NCBI RefSeq assembly: GCF_009914755.1
Contig: NC_060934.1
Origin: the human T2T-CHM13v2.0 reference genome, Homo sapiens
Strand: one strand, 5' to 3'
Length of the DNA stretch: 64,000 nt
The position numbers were made by a program, and so were the translations under genes. The notes under the pieces are model-generated. The model saw only the letters and a list, made by a program, of their open reading frames with translations. It searched no databases and had not been told where the DNA came from. Below, piece by piece: positions 1 through 13,401 of this stretch. The number at the start of each line of letters is the position of its first letter. Position 1 is the first letter of the stretch.

Positions 1-153
1 TCTTATTTAGCCACATCCTATTGGCTAAAGCAAGTCACATGGCTGAGCCCAAAACCAGGGGTGGGGAAGCACACTATGACCACAGGTAGGCCACAGCAAG
101 AGCATGGATGCACGGAGGAGTGAGGAATCAGGACTAATAATTCAGTCAACCAC
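1..153 (-). mobile_element. MaLR LTR fragment (MLT1H/I-like)
   Basis: ATTGGCTAAAGCAAGTCACATGGC motif; reverse complement of the end reads TGTGGTTGACTGAATTATT, like an MLT1 5' end. Confidence 0.65.
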
Positions 154-669
154 AGATACCTCATTCAAAGCATGTCAGCTTCTGGACTGTGGTAGGTGCT
201 TAGGAAACAGCAACTATGATCATTGCATGACTTCTTACAGTTTGTGTAAAGCCACATGTCTCAGTCTCATTCTTGGCAAGTAGCAAAGTCAGGAATGGAA
301 TCTGGGCCTCAAAGCATCTTGCTATCATTCAACATTTTCTAAATGGTCCCATCAACAACTTCTCATGTGTGACTTGTCACAACCTCATACATGGATGGAG
401 GGAGGGAGATTTGGAAGTGGGGATGTGGAAGTGGGGATGTAGAAGTGAGAACTTTGGGCTGTAGTGGCTCAAGGTACATCCAAGACATGTAGACTGAACA
501 TCGAAGGGGAAATTGATGAGTTCCCCCATTCAATTCTCCTTTGCATAGTAAGGGGCATGAGTTGGCATGGGAGAAAGGGCAAGGCCTTGGGCTTGTGTCT
601 GGTTTTGGAACTGGGTGACTGTATGCTCCCCAGAAGGAAGCTTTCCTTGAGTCCCTACCCACAGTAGAC

Positions 670-1030
670 CCCCACGTCATGGCACCCCTGGACCTTTCTT
701 TACTGTGTTTCATGGTGATAGATAATTGCATATTTGTTTGTGGGCTTGTTTCCTTAGTGCCAGACTTGCTCAGCAGACTGCACAGGGCCCACATCTTTTG
801 AGGTCAGTTATCACCAGTGCTTGGCACAGTGCCTGGCATGTTCTGGTTGGATGAATGAATGGACCAATTCAAACTCTCTGAGCTTCACCATCCTCATGAA
901 ATATGAGATAAGAATATATTCTTTAAAGAGTTTTTAAAAAATAAATTTACAGCAAAATGTTATGAAACACCTTCCACAGGGGCTGGCCTGGTCCACAGTA
1001 TATATATATATACTTATCTTTAATTCTTAC
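670..1030 (+). mobile_element. L2 3' end followed by MIR
   Basis: CAGTGCTTGGCACAGTGCCTGGCA...GGATGAATGAATG L2 tail, then degenerate MIR core. Confidence 0.6.
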
Positions 1031-2142
1031 CACTGGGTGGTTAAGAACACAGAGTGTAGAAGATGTTCAAAACAGATCTGTGCTCCTAGCTTGTCTTGGC
1101 AGCTCATTCCCAATCTCCTCAGTGGGCATGAGAAGCCTTGGTTCTAGCCTCGTGGGGCTGCTCCACTTAGCTGCTGCTCTCCAGCCAGTAGGAAAAACCC
1201 TCTGCTTTGGGCCCCTTCTGTCTCCCCACCTTCCTATTACTGCTCAGCCCCTCGGACTCAGGGCTGCCGTTCAATGAGAACATACTATTAAGGCCTCATT
1301 GTGATTAGAAGATTGAAACCCTCTTATACCAGGGGGCAAAATGTATGACTTAATGAGACTATCAACCACCAAATAACATTGCCCACAGCGGCCCCGGGGA
1401 GGTCACCAGGCCTGAGAGTGGTGCTGGAGAGGATGCTGGCAGCCGTGGGAGGTGCCATGTGGGCAGAGGCAGTGAGGGTAAATGCCATGACTGCCCACCA
1501 CTCCAGAGTAGCCAGCATTGGTGGGTGCGACACAGCAGGAGGTGGAGCAGGTGGCCACTGTGCCAGAGGCTGTGTCCAGACCATGTGGTAGGTGTGTGTT
1601 CCCAGGCAAGATGTGTGGACAAGGCGCTGTGTAGCTCTGGCTGCTACAGAGCACCAGGTGCCGGGGACCTAGTGACCATCATTGTACTGGGAATGTCCTT
1701 GGAAGAGTTTGAGACAGTCCCCATAGCCAGCCATGGATCAGACAGAAACCTCCCACATATCAGTTGGTAATTATTACAAGGATTCAATGAATAATTTGTG
1801 CTGCAGTGTTTATCACTAACAAGCAGTTTCAGCATATAGTTTCATTTAGAGTATAGGAGGTAAGATCCTTTAAAATTCTGATTGATATGCTAATGAATTA
1901 ATTACTGCCCAGGTTGTAAATACCTCGCACATCCTCTGACCCTGGGGTGCTCCTAGGAGCCCTCTCCATGTGGCCTTCTTACTTTGCAGTCACTCAGGGA
2001 CACCTGCCTGGGCACCTGCTTTGGCCTCAGGCTGGGGCACTGGCAAGACAACGAGGCCTTTGTCTGTGGCTGTCTCTTGCATAGCACTTATATGTTTTAA
2101 TGCTAAGTGGCCCATTGTCCCTTCTTTTTCCATCTCAAGCCC

Positions 2143-2993
2143 TGTGATGGCTGATTTCTTCTTCTTCTTTTTTTTTTCTTTCTTTTTTTTTTTGAGACAG
2201 AGTCTCACTCTGTTGCCCAGGCTGGAGTGCAGTGGCACAGTCTCGGCTCACTGCAAACTCTCTCGCCTGAGTTCAAGCGATTCTCCTGCCTCAGCCTCCC
2301 AAATAGCTGGGATTACAAGCATGTGCCACCACGCCTGGCTAATTGTTATATTTTTAGCAGAGACGGGGTTTTGCCATATTGGCCAGGCTGGTCTCGAACT
2401 CCTGACCTCAGGTGATTCGCCTGCCTCGGCCTCCCAAAGTGCTGGGATTACAGGTGTGAGCCACCGTGCCCGGACTGATGGCTGTCAACTTGACAGGGCC
2501 ACAGGGTGCTCAGATACTTGGTCAAACATTATCCTGGGTGTTTGTGTGAGGGTGTTTTGGATGAGAGGGACATGTAAGGCAGCAGACTGAGGAAATCAGG
2601 TGGCCTTGATATGGGTGGGCCTCATCCAATCAGGTGAAGGCCTGAATAGAACAAAAGGCTGACCCTCTCAAGAGAAAGAGGGTCTGTCTGACTGCTTTGA
2701 GCTGGGACGTGGGACTTTTCCTGCCTTTACACAAAAACATCAGCTCTTCTTGGGTCTCAAGACTGCTGGCTTTTGGACTGGAACTTTCTATACCATCAGC
2801 TTCCCTGGTTCTCAGGCCTTTGAACTCTGGCTGGGTCTACACCTGGGCTCCAGCTTGTTGATTGCAGATCTTGGGGCCTCTCAGCCTCCAGAGTCACATG
2901 AACCAATTCCTTATCATCTCTCTTTCTCTCCCTCTGTGTATATGCAAATATCTCCTGTTGGTTCTGTTTCTCGGGAGAACCCTGACTAATCCA
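2143..2993 (+). mobile_element. ERVL solo LTR (MLT2D-like), interrupted by Alu
   Basis: TGTGATGG...GTCAACTTGACAGGGCCACAGGGTGCTCAGATACTTGGTCAAACATT start; TTGGTTCTGTTTCTCGGGAGAACCCTGACTAAT end. Confidence 0.8.
2155..2475 (-). mobile_element. AluS
   Basis: poly-T then full antisense dimer; TGATGGCTG on both sides (TSD-like). Confidence 0.95.
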
Positions 2994-3939
2994 AGCCCCG
3001 ATTCTCCAGGTTCCTAGCTTCGGCATATATATGTTGGTGCCTAGCAAGGCCCGAGGAGAGAAGCCTCCCATCTAAGGCACTTGTGGCTTCAGGTATCTTA
3101 GCTCTTAGATCTTCTGTGCCCTTCCTCTCTCGTTGCCTCCCCACTGTGTTGATGGGTCTGGCTGCGTGGGTGGCGTATTTCTGAAAAGGTGGTGAACCCC
3201 CCGCCAGAGGCTTCCCCAAAAGCCTTATCGGAGCCACAGGGAGAATTCCACTTGAACTGGGTTTGTTGGGTGCTGATTTAGGTCGCTTTTCCCAAAGACT
3301 AGAGGCTGAATGTCAGGGCTGCTAATCTGTCTCCGAATAGCTTTGGGCTCAATCCACATGAAATTCAATCCAGAATTAAAATTCAGAGCTTGTTCTGGAC
3401 TGGAAGGGCAGACTTAGCTCTTTCCCTTGGGGAAAAAGAAAAGCCCAAGGTTGGCTTGAGAAGGCTGATTGGATCGGGGGTCTGCTGGGTTGATGGACTG
3501 TCTACTGAGTGTGGAGAGGCGACAGAGTCCCTGTCACTGTCACCATAGGGTTTACAAATGCAATAGGGGAGCCTGGAGTGGGGATGGGAGGCTAAAGAAC
3601 CCTCAGATAAGAACCCCAACACAGTGGAGAGGCACCTGGTTCCCACCTGTCAGCTCTCCCTACAGGCCAGGGCACCTACACTCTGTCCTTATAGCTGCCA
3701 CTTTCTCCCTGGCCTCGCTGTAGGTGGCTGCCTGTTTTTTCGCCATTTGCTGTTTCCCCTTCCAGAGGCTGCCTGTGTCCGTGGCAAGAGGAATGCGCGA
3801 GCCAGAGAGAACCAGGTGGAAGGATGGTCTGCTTTCTCAGCCAGCAGGAAGCCTGCTTTCATGCCACTCAGTCATGCCTTAGGCCAGTGTGTAACCCAGA
3901 CCTGGGGGACCCCAGTAGGGGACCCACTTATCAAAGGAG

Positions 3940-4170
3940 GCGGCACAGTGGAGTTGACTGTTTGGAGGCAAATCCCAGCTTTACCCTTTAGAAGCTCTCT
4001 GACCCCAGGCAACATAGTTCACTTCTGTGTGCCTCACTTTCTCCATCTATAAAATGGGAATGATAATGGTTCCCCTCTTTCAGGGTTGTTCCAGGTAATG
4101 TCATTAATGGATTAAAAGAATTCATACCATAAAGCACAGGGGCAGGCCTTTCATAGGCACTTGATTCTGT
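3940..4170 (+). mobile_element. MIR
   Basis: CTGTGTGCCTCACTTTCTCCATCTATAAAATGGGAATGATAAT MIR core. Confidence 0.8.
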
Positions 4171-4275
4171 TGATTATGAAATCATAATTACTTATGACTA
4201 GTTACAGAAAGTCCACCATGACCTTTCTGGGTTTTCTTTTCTGTTAAATGAGATGATGCTTGTAGGTTGCATTAA

Positions 4276-4648
4276 TATTAGTTCATTTTCACACTGCTGT
4301 AAAGAACTGCCTGAGACTGGGTAATTTATAAAGAAAAGAGGTTTAATTGACTTACAGTTCTGCATGGCTGGGGAGGCCTCAGGAAACTTATAATCATGGT
4401 GGAAGGGGAAGCAGGCATGTCTTAGACGGCACCAGGTGAGACAGTGCAAGAGAGCAGGGAAAATTGCCTTATGAAACCATCAGATCTTGTGAAAACTCAC
4501 TATCACAAAACAGCATTGGGGAGACCACCTCCATGAGCCAATCACCTCTCTCCCTCGACACGTGGGGATTACAGGTCCCTCCCTCAACTCGTGGGAATTA
4601 CAATTGGAGGTGAGATTTGGGTGGGTACACAGAGCCAAACCATTTCAC
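4276..4648 (-). mobile_element. THE1D-like MaLR solo LTR
   Basis: AAAGAACTGCCTGAGACTGGGTAATTTATAAAGAAAAGAGG ... GAGATTTGGGTGGGTACACAGAGCCAAACCAT. Confidence 0.85.
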
Positions 4649-5139
4649 AGGTGTTGCCTTGTACAGGCTCTGGGGCAGGTTCTCTGAATTCTCATTCCTT
4701 CCTTTTCTCCTTGGTCAATGTCCTCTTCTCTTATTGTTGGTTGTTTAGAGACTCAGCATTAATCATTTATGCCATAGAAGTGTCATCAGGAGTGTTGTTG
4801 GTCTAAAATGTGGCCTTGTCTTGAAAGTCCCTGCTGCTGGAGGCAGGCCCTGCTTGGTCTCAGGGTTGGCAATGGAAACTGTTGCTCAAATGTCTGCTCT
4901 ACGAATGGTCACCTCCCAGGGCCTGCAGACCCGACAGAGTTAACTTCTCTACATGTCATGGTCCCTGCTGCTGCAGGACTCAGGAAGATCTCACAAAGGA
5001 AAGTCCCCAAGTCCTGGATACTACCACCAGCCTGTGGTGGGGCACCCGGTTCTCAGCTCTCCCTTGCTTTGGGGTGAGTGCCACTCTTTCCCTCCTGATT
5101 TGGAGATAATCTTTGTCTCCCTTTTCTTTGGGTACTTGG

Positions 5140-5910
5140 GATGATTAATTTTATATATCAACTTGACTGAGCCATGGGCTACTCTGATATTTGGTGGACA
5201 TTGTTCTGGGTGTGTCTGTGGAGGTGTTTCTAGGGGACATGAACATTTGAATGGGTGGACTGAGGACAGCAGATGGCCCTCCCTAATATGGGTGGGCTTC
5301 ACCCAATCAGTTGAAGGCCTGACTAGAACAAAAAGTCTGCTGCTTCTCCAAGGAAGAGAGAATCCCTCCTGCCTCACTGCCTTCGAACGGGGGCAGCAGC
5401 ATTTTCCCGCTTTCAGACTAGAACTAAAACATTGGCTTTTCCTAGGCATCCTCCAGCCTGCTGGCCTTTGGAATGGAACAACACCCTTGGCTTTCCTGGG
5501 ACTTCTTAGCCTCCATTATTGTGGGGCCAGTATCTAAACCTCTCTTCTATATGTTTATTTTTATTTTTTTTAAGACAGAGTCTCCCTCTGTCACCCAGGC
5601 TGGAGTTCAGTGGCGCGATCTCAGATCACTGCAACCTCCATCTCCCAGGTTCAAGCAATTTTTCTACCCAGCCTCCCGAGTAGCTAGGATTATAGGTGCC
5701 TGCCACCACACTTGGTTACTTTTTGTATTTTTAGGAGAGACAGGGTTTCGCCATGTTGGCCAAGCTGGTCTCGAACTCCTGACCGCAAGTGATCCACCTG
5801 CCTCGGCTTCCCAAAGTGCTGGGATTACAGGCATGAGCCACAGCACCAGGGCTCTTTTCTATATGTTTACATCCTTTTGGTGCTGCTTCTCTGGAGAACC
5901 CTGACTAATT
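5140..5910 (+). mobile_element. ERVL solo LTR (MLT2D-like), interrupted by Alu
   Basis: GATGATTAATTTTATATATCAACTTGACTGAGCCATGGG start; CTCTGGAGAACCCTGACTAAT end. Confidence 0.8.
5554..5852 (-). mobile_element. AluS
   Basis: antisense dimer; TSD TTCTATATGTTTA. Confidence 0.95.
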
Positions 5911-6874
5911 GGGTGCCCTGGAGTAGTCACCTGGGGGCCCTTCTCTCAGGCTCACAGCCTTTCCACCCTTTCTCCCACGAGGTCCTGGAGCCTCCCTGCG
6001 TAAGAGGCTCCTCTGGTGTCCCAAGGCTCCCAAAGGGGCATGGATCTGATGCCCCCGTGCCTGTGGCCACTCCTCACCCTTAAATACCCAAGTGTTCTGG
6101 GAGCTCCGCTCCGCATAGATGGGAGCACACTGCCAATCCCTGCTCCCTCCTGGCTTCACTGACCAGGAGGGAGCCGCAGATCCGATGAATATAACCCATC
6201 AGAGAGTCCTGACCTGAGTCTTGGTTGGAAGCTCATGTGAGAGATGGCAATGTTACAATTAAGTAAATGGATGACCTCAATTCGGAGACAATGTTTGTCG
6301 AATTGAATCTTCAGTGGGTTAACTTTCCTCATATGAGTAAAAATGATATTTGGGATTAAATTTTCACTGCACTGAATGCATTACTGGATTTCTGCCTCTC
6401 GTCATTAGAAAGGGGACATAACCTTCACTAAGGCGGTCTGCAGGGACCAGGATGGCTGGCATAAGTGCTGAGTGCTGACTGACCACAGGGGATTAGGGCC
6501 GAACACAACTCATTTCACACTGTAAATAAGCTGATTTGTTTTTGTTTTTAAATAAGCCTTATTAAAAACTGGCTGCCACTCACGGAGGATCTGCAGCAAC
6601 ATTGCAGGGCAGGGCTTTGACTTTCCTGGCTTGGCAGACACAGCAAAGCCGCTTTCAAAAAACTGCTTCTGCCTGCTTCAAGTTTGGGAATAACCCAGAG
6701 GGCCTCCCTGCTGTCCAGGTCCCTGGGGAGGTCCTGGAGCCATGGCCCCAGGGAGTGGTGGAGTGTGGGCAGCTTTGGGGCCAGCACTAAGCTGCAGAGG
6801 ACACTGTACACAGGTCAGGCGGGCATGGCGGGGTCTCTTGGGCTGTTCTCTCTGCAGTGCATCAGCCTTTCCTC

Positions 6875-7560
<686 letters not shown>

Positions 7561-7772
7561 TTCCAGATTTTTTCTTTCTTTCTTCAAGATAAAGTGTCAT
7601 ATGCATTGTGATACTTATATACTCTCTCACCACTGAACATGTGCAAAATTGTGCTATGGTTATTATTAGATTCCTATCTTTTCAAAATATGTAAATGACA
7701 GTCTTTGAATGTTATGGGTCAACTCTATTATTCCCATGAACCCTGTGATTTTCATTGTGCAATTTAAAAAAA

Positions 7773-8060
7773 TTATTTGTGATTGTGGCAAAATACACCT
7801 ATTATAAAATTTACTCTCCTAACCATTTTTAAGTGTGGAGGTCAGTGGCATTGTGTATCTTCACACTGTTGTGCAACCATGACCACCACCATCTCCAGAA
7901 ATTTCTTCTTGCAAAACTGAAACTCTTTACCATTAAATGGTAACTCCTCCTTCTCCTCACCTCCAGCCCCTGGCAACCAGCATTCTATTTTCGGTCTGTG
8001 GATTTCGCTTACCTCATGTAAGTAGAAATAGACAGTATTTGTCTTCCTAGATCTTTCTTG
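7773..8060 (-). mobile_element. L1MB-like 3' end
   Basis: AACCATTTTTAAGTG...TTGTGCAACCATGACCACC...CCCCTGGCAACCAGCATTCT. Confidence 0.8.
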
Positions 8061-8199
8061 ACTCCCCCCCACCTGCAAAACTACCTAGCCTCAGGGTCCT
8101 GGGGGATGATGCAATACCAGAGCTGAGAGCTCTTGTCTTGTAAAGATGTGTCACCATGCTCTTCCTCCATGTCACTTGTGTTGTGATGGCCAGTCTTGT

Positions 8200-8730
8200 T
8201 GGCATTGGCATGTTGGAAAGATCATAGACCTTGGACAGGGCCAGTTTTAAAACCTGGGTCCTCTGCTTTTGAAGCTATGTGACCTTTGCATAGGACTTAA
8301 ACGCTTTGAGCCTTAGTTTCTTCATGTCTACAATTAGGATACAGATCCCCTCATTGGGGTGGTTGTGAGGATTAAAAAAAATGTGTGGAGGAGAAGGCAG
8401 GGGCCTTCCATGCATGGTCCATGGTTGCCAAAACCCTGCAGTGAGGGAGAGGAGGCCATAGGTGGGTGAGGAGATGGCAGGAGCTCAATTTGCCAAGTGT
8501 AAAGTGGAAGGTGAGGAGTCACATCACGGAGGGACTCACGGCTACTTGGAGAGACTGGACTTTTTTCTGAGGGCAATGGGGAGCCACTGAAGGTTTTAGG
8601 CAGAAAGAAGACCGCCAGATTTGCATCTCAGGAAGGTCATTCTGTCAGTGTGTGGAGGACGCATTGGTGGGGGACATAGTGGGAGATCAGTGGGGACGCT
8701 GCTGCAGTGGCCTCGGTGAAAGATGGCTCA
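8200..8730. mobile_element. MIR (+) followed by L2 fragment (-)
   Basis: TTTGAGCCTTAGTTTCTTCATG; GGAGCCACTGAAGGTTTTAGGCAG. Confidence 0.65.
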
Positions 8731-9594
8731 ACACAGCAAAACACCAGAGATAGCCCTCGAAATGCCTTTATTCTTTCCTCAATGTTTCTGTTTCCTGCTT
8801 CACCTTTCCTCTCTCTTCGAATCTACAGTCTCTAGAAACTTCTTTATTATCCCAAGCAACCCCACTTTTGCTCTCAGCTGTCACCTCTTCTCAATGTCAG
8901 AGAAATGGTTGGCTGGATATAAACCATCTCTTGCTCCTCACGGGCGGCTCCCTGAGGGTGTCTCCCCAAGCTCACACCCTCTGCTCCAAGAACTTATCAA
9001 TTCCCCAAAGCAGTCAGCTATTGTGAGGAGGTCTCTGAGAAGAGACGGGGAGCTGATACATTCATTCCACATTTGCTCCTGGTTTTTCCTGTTATCAGTA
9101 ATGCTCCCCGCATTTTGGCAGATGGATCATCACCTCGAGAGAGGATCATTAGAGCACAATGAAGAGAACAAGAGCTAAATGTTTGGCTTTGAGTATTGAA
9201 AGCCAAGATCCAAGTATGGAATAAAAGATCTGGAAAACTCTGATTGCCACAAGCCCGTTCCCCCTGCTCTTGGAGAGGAGATCAAGTATGCCTCAGCAAG
9301 GGGTAGGTGGAGGGCAGGGCATGGGAACACAAGGCTGTAGCTATCTGAGGGCTCCTCCTCTGTGGGCTGAGCCCCTGTGTATTTTTTTTTTTTTTTTTTG
9401 AGCAGGGAGAGGTGATGCAGGGGGATTCAATGGGGCCTTGAGATAGGTTTGGGGAGCTGAGGGGCAGAACCACAGAATGAGCCTCTGTTCAGCGTGATGT
9501 GAAGTGGAAGAAATATTTGCATAGTTAATGATAACAGGACCAGATGCCGCTCATTCTGACCCCCTTGAAGACGAATGGAACAGAGAACAATTTC

Positions 9595-9980
9595 ATGTAC
9601 TATTTGGGATGTTTCTCTTGCAAGTAACAGAAAATACCCCTCCTGTTGACTTAAATGAGAGAGTTTATTGGCTCATGTAAATGAAAAATGCAGGGATAGG
9701 GCGGTCTTCAGGTGCAGTTTGATTGAGATGTTTCACAACAGCATCAGTGCGTGGCTCCATTTCTCTCCCATTCTCCTGGTTTTGCACTTTTCCCCATGTA
9801 GGCTTTGTCTTCAGCTCATGGTAGCCAGATGCCACACGTTTCCTTGCTTGTATCTTGGGGGAAACAGAAGAGAAAAAGATTGCATTTCTCTCCGTCTAAT
9901 TATTGGACAAAAGTCCTGAATTTTGCTCTAATTGGACTAACCTGGGTCATAGGACTTGAGCCAATGTATGGCCTACCATG
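9595..9980 (-). mobile_element. MLT1 (J/K/L-like) LTR
   Basis: TTGCAAGTAACAGAAAA...TTTATTGGCTCATGTAA...CTAATTGGACTAACCTGGGTCA. Confidence 0.65.
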
Positions 9981-10031
9981 AATGAAGGGGAGAGGTTGAG
10001 GGGGGTGAGTTCCTGGAGGTGGGCAGGGGCC
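9862..10031 (+). repeat. Arm 1 of ~170-bp inverted duplication
   Basis: ~92% identical by hand alignment to the reverse complement of 11680-11853. Confidence 0.9.
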
Positions 10032-10355
10032 ACATCTGGGGCGGGGACTGGATAGCCAAAGTAGGGTCTGGACTCTATTCTAATGGCTTGGAGGAGCCAG
10101 TGGGGATGGAGCAGGGGTGTGATATAATCTAATTTACATTTTTAAAAGAACACTGTGCTAAGAGTGGAGAATGGATTAAATGAATGAAGCTTTTTGGTGT
10201 GGAAAGAAGTGAAAACTTTTTGCTACTTACAACCCCTGCTTCTTTTTAAGGAGAGTAGAGTCCATTGTATGAAAGACCCTTTTGTCTTGCTCTTGCAAAA
10301 TCTGAGAGTAAGGGCTGGGCAGAACTGAATTTCACTGTGCAAGAAAAGGGAATAA

Positions 10356-10662
<307 letters not shown>

Positions 10663-10677
10663 GGGAAATAATTATTA

Positions 10678-11038
<361 letters not shown>

Positions 11039-11069
11039 CTAGTTAAGATCAGAAGTCTAGGGCTTCCAT

Positions 11070-11438
11070 TTCAGAAATGTTTGGGGAGGGGCCATAGGAG
11101 ATGGAGGATGGGGATGGATCCCTAATGAACAGACTAATGCCATCCTGAGGGAGTGAGTGCGTTCTCAATCTTCCAGGAATGGATTAGTTCCTGCAAGAGC
11201 AAGTAGTTAAAGAATCTGGCTTCCCCAGTTTCATTCTTTTTCTTGTCTTGTGATCTCTTTGCACTTTTCCTTCCCTTCTTTCCACCATGAGTGGAAGCTA
11301 CCTAAGGCCCTCACCAGATGCAGCAGCCCAATCTTGGACTTTCCAGCCATCAGAATTGTGAGCCAAATAAACCTCTTTTCTTAATAAATTACCCATCTTC
11401 AGCTATTCTGTGATAGCAACACTAAAAGGACTAAGACG
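11070..11438 (+). mobile_element. MST-family (MSTB/C-like) MaLR LTR
   Basis: GGCCCTCACCAGATGCAG...GAGCCAAATAAACCTCTTTTC...GGACTAAGAC. Confidence 0.75.
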
Positions 11439-11679
11439 GGGCATTTTTAGAAACTGGTTTATTGAACTTTGAATTTTAAGTTGTATGTGTCCTAAGATGT
11501 GAGTCCTTCCAGGTACACTAAAGTTTCAGTAGTCTGTACACTATGAATAACTGTATGTGAGGAGGGTGTGTACATGTATGTATTATAGAAAAGGGCACAG
11601 TCCCAAGTCTAGGTTAGTGTGGCACAGGCCACAACAGCATGTGTGGGATTACGAAATGAACCCAAATGGAATGATTTCA

Positions 11680-11853
11680 GGCCCCTGCCCACCTCCAGGA
11701 ACTCATGCCCCTCAACCTCTCCCCTTTATTCATGGTAGGCCATACTCACATTGGCTCAAATCCTGCGACCTAGGTTGGTCCAATTAGAGCAAAATTTAGG
11801 ACTTTTTTCCAATAATTAGAGGGAGAGAAATACAATCTCTTTCTCTTCTGTTT
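11680..11853 (-). repeat. Arm 2 of ~170-bp inverted duplication
   Basis: reverse complement matches 9862-10031 with ~13 substitutions and one 4-bp indel. Confidence 0.9.
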
Positions 11854-12179
11854 GGAGCTACAGTAAGGAGCTTGAAGTGACTTTAAAACTATCAACTCCC
11901 CCACTTCTCACCCTGCATCAGGAGCTTCCAAAACCCTGGGTGAGGCAATGGCTTAGGGAAATTCTGTAGAATGGAGATTGGAAGTGCTATTACTTAGAAT
12001 TTAGGAGTAAATCATCACCGGCTGACATCTCAGTTGTAAATGCTTTAGAGTTTATAAACTAATTTTGTATGTTTTATCTAAATATAAAGTGAAATCCAAA
12101 AAAAGGCCTTCCCTGAGAAATTACCACCCTCTGGTTTTGGAGTTGAAGACTTATTCTGAAGGGGTGTGAATTGCAAGAT

Positions 12180-12780
12180 CTTTCTGAGATGCTATCTGGC
12201 AGTGTCTACTGCAATTTGAACATAGGTTTCCTCTGTCGCGTAAATCTTTTAGACCACTTTTAGAACTTTGTCCTACAAAATAAAACTGCCAGTACAGCAG
12301 GAGAGATGCACAGTAATTATTACAGGGTCATTTATAATAGTAGGAAACACACCAACAAACCAACAAAAATCCCTAAACCTGAAACAATTTGAATGTCCAT
12401 CAACAGAAGACTGGTTAATAAAATCATGGCACCTCCACACAATAGGATGCTATGCAGCTGTTAAAAAAGAGTCAGAGCCATATCTCCTGAGCTGGAACAA
12501 TGGCCAGGATATATTGTTAAATTTTTCAAAAGCTAATTGCTTGTCCCAGTTTTGTCTGGGGGAGAAAAGCCAATAGGGGAATGTGTATTCATAAGCATTA
12601 CATTAAAAAAGCATGAATAAAAAAATCAATGATACACATCAAAATAGTAATCCTGAGAGTGGTGGGATTAGAAGGAAAGAGGAGAAGACCGTGAACTTTA
12701 AAATCTATATATTCCTATATAAAACTTTATATAGTGTGTGATTTGGTTCTATATTTATGCAATAAAGTAGAAAAATTTCC
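12180..12780 (+). mobile_element. Old L1 (L1ME-like) 3' region
   Basis: AATGTCCATCAACAGAAGACTGGTTAATAAAATCATGG...CTATGCAGCTGTTAAAAAAG. Confidence 0.65.
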
Positions 12781-13326
12781 AACTTACTCTGAGGAGGAGC
12801 TGCCATTCCAAGCAGTGGGAAGTATGTTTCAGAGCTCTGTGGATGGCTGCTATTTTTCTCAGGGTCAAATCAGGACATCCAAATACCTGATTCTTTGCTC
12901 AGCCACCCAAGAAACATCTTCTGCACAACAGCGTGTGCGTGTGTATGTGTGTGTGGGTGTGTGGGTGGAAGGGGGGGCATACCTCCAGCCAGTCCCTATA
13001 AACCCCTCATCTCACACATCTTAATCCACAAAACCTCCAGGATAACCAAAAACAAACAAACAAACAAACAAACAAAAAAACATGGGTGGGGGTGCAGAAC
13101 CACTGTTGGGAATGGAGTTCTAAAATGGAGGCTGAGTTTCCACACACAGAGGAAGTAGGTGGAAAATTTGACAAAACTCTGGAGATGGCTGGCAGAGACC
13201 CAGGAAAAATTAAATTATCTCCAGATTTGAGTTTTTCTGGTAGAGGCTTAAAATCTCCTCATCCCGTTGCATGGGGAGCACAGCTGGCAAAGGAGTGTTG
13301 TCCAACATTGGCCCCTGCTGGATTCT

Positions 13327-13401
13327 CCACTTCCTGTCCCTCCACTTCCTGTCTCTCTGCTTCCTATCTCTCCATTTCCTGTCTTTCTGCTTCTTGCCTG
13401 A
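13327..13401. repeat. 15-bp tandem repeat x5 carrying ETS cores
   Basis: CCACTTCCTGTCCCT CCACTTCCTGTCTCT CTGCTTCCTATCTCT CCATTTCCTGTCTTT CTGCTTCTTGCCTGA. Confidence 0.8.

Noticed and set aside
1403-1654. Minus-strand ORF ending PLQHHSQAW, faintly like the NKX2 GIRAW tail
   Set aside because: Only a few residues match and there is no homeodomain or NK2-specific domain nearby.
1970-2590. 206-aa ORF, and similar ORFs at 5473, 15511, 18064, 23828, 24923, 44583, 46819
   Set aside because: Translations of Alu sequence (LECSG..., [15 protein letters not shown]); not genes.
3015-3035. GCTTCGGCATATAT resembling the U6 snRNA 5' end
   Set aside because: Match is about 9 nt and does not continue.
4550-4602. 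Tandem TCCCTC..CGTGGG.ATTACA duplication in the THE1 LTR
   Set aside because: May be a subfamily feature rather than a local event; cannot be resolved without the consensus.
8723-9178. 151-aa ORF, and ORFs at 22351, 38690, 40488, 40492
   Set aside because: No recognisable domain, composition typical of non-coding DNA, some overlap repeats, and no multi-exon structure supports them.
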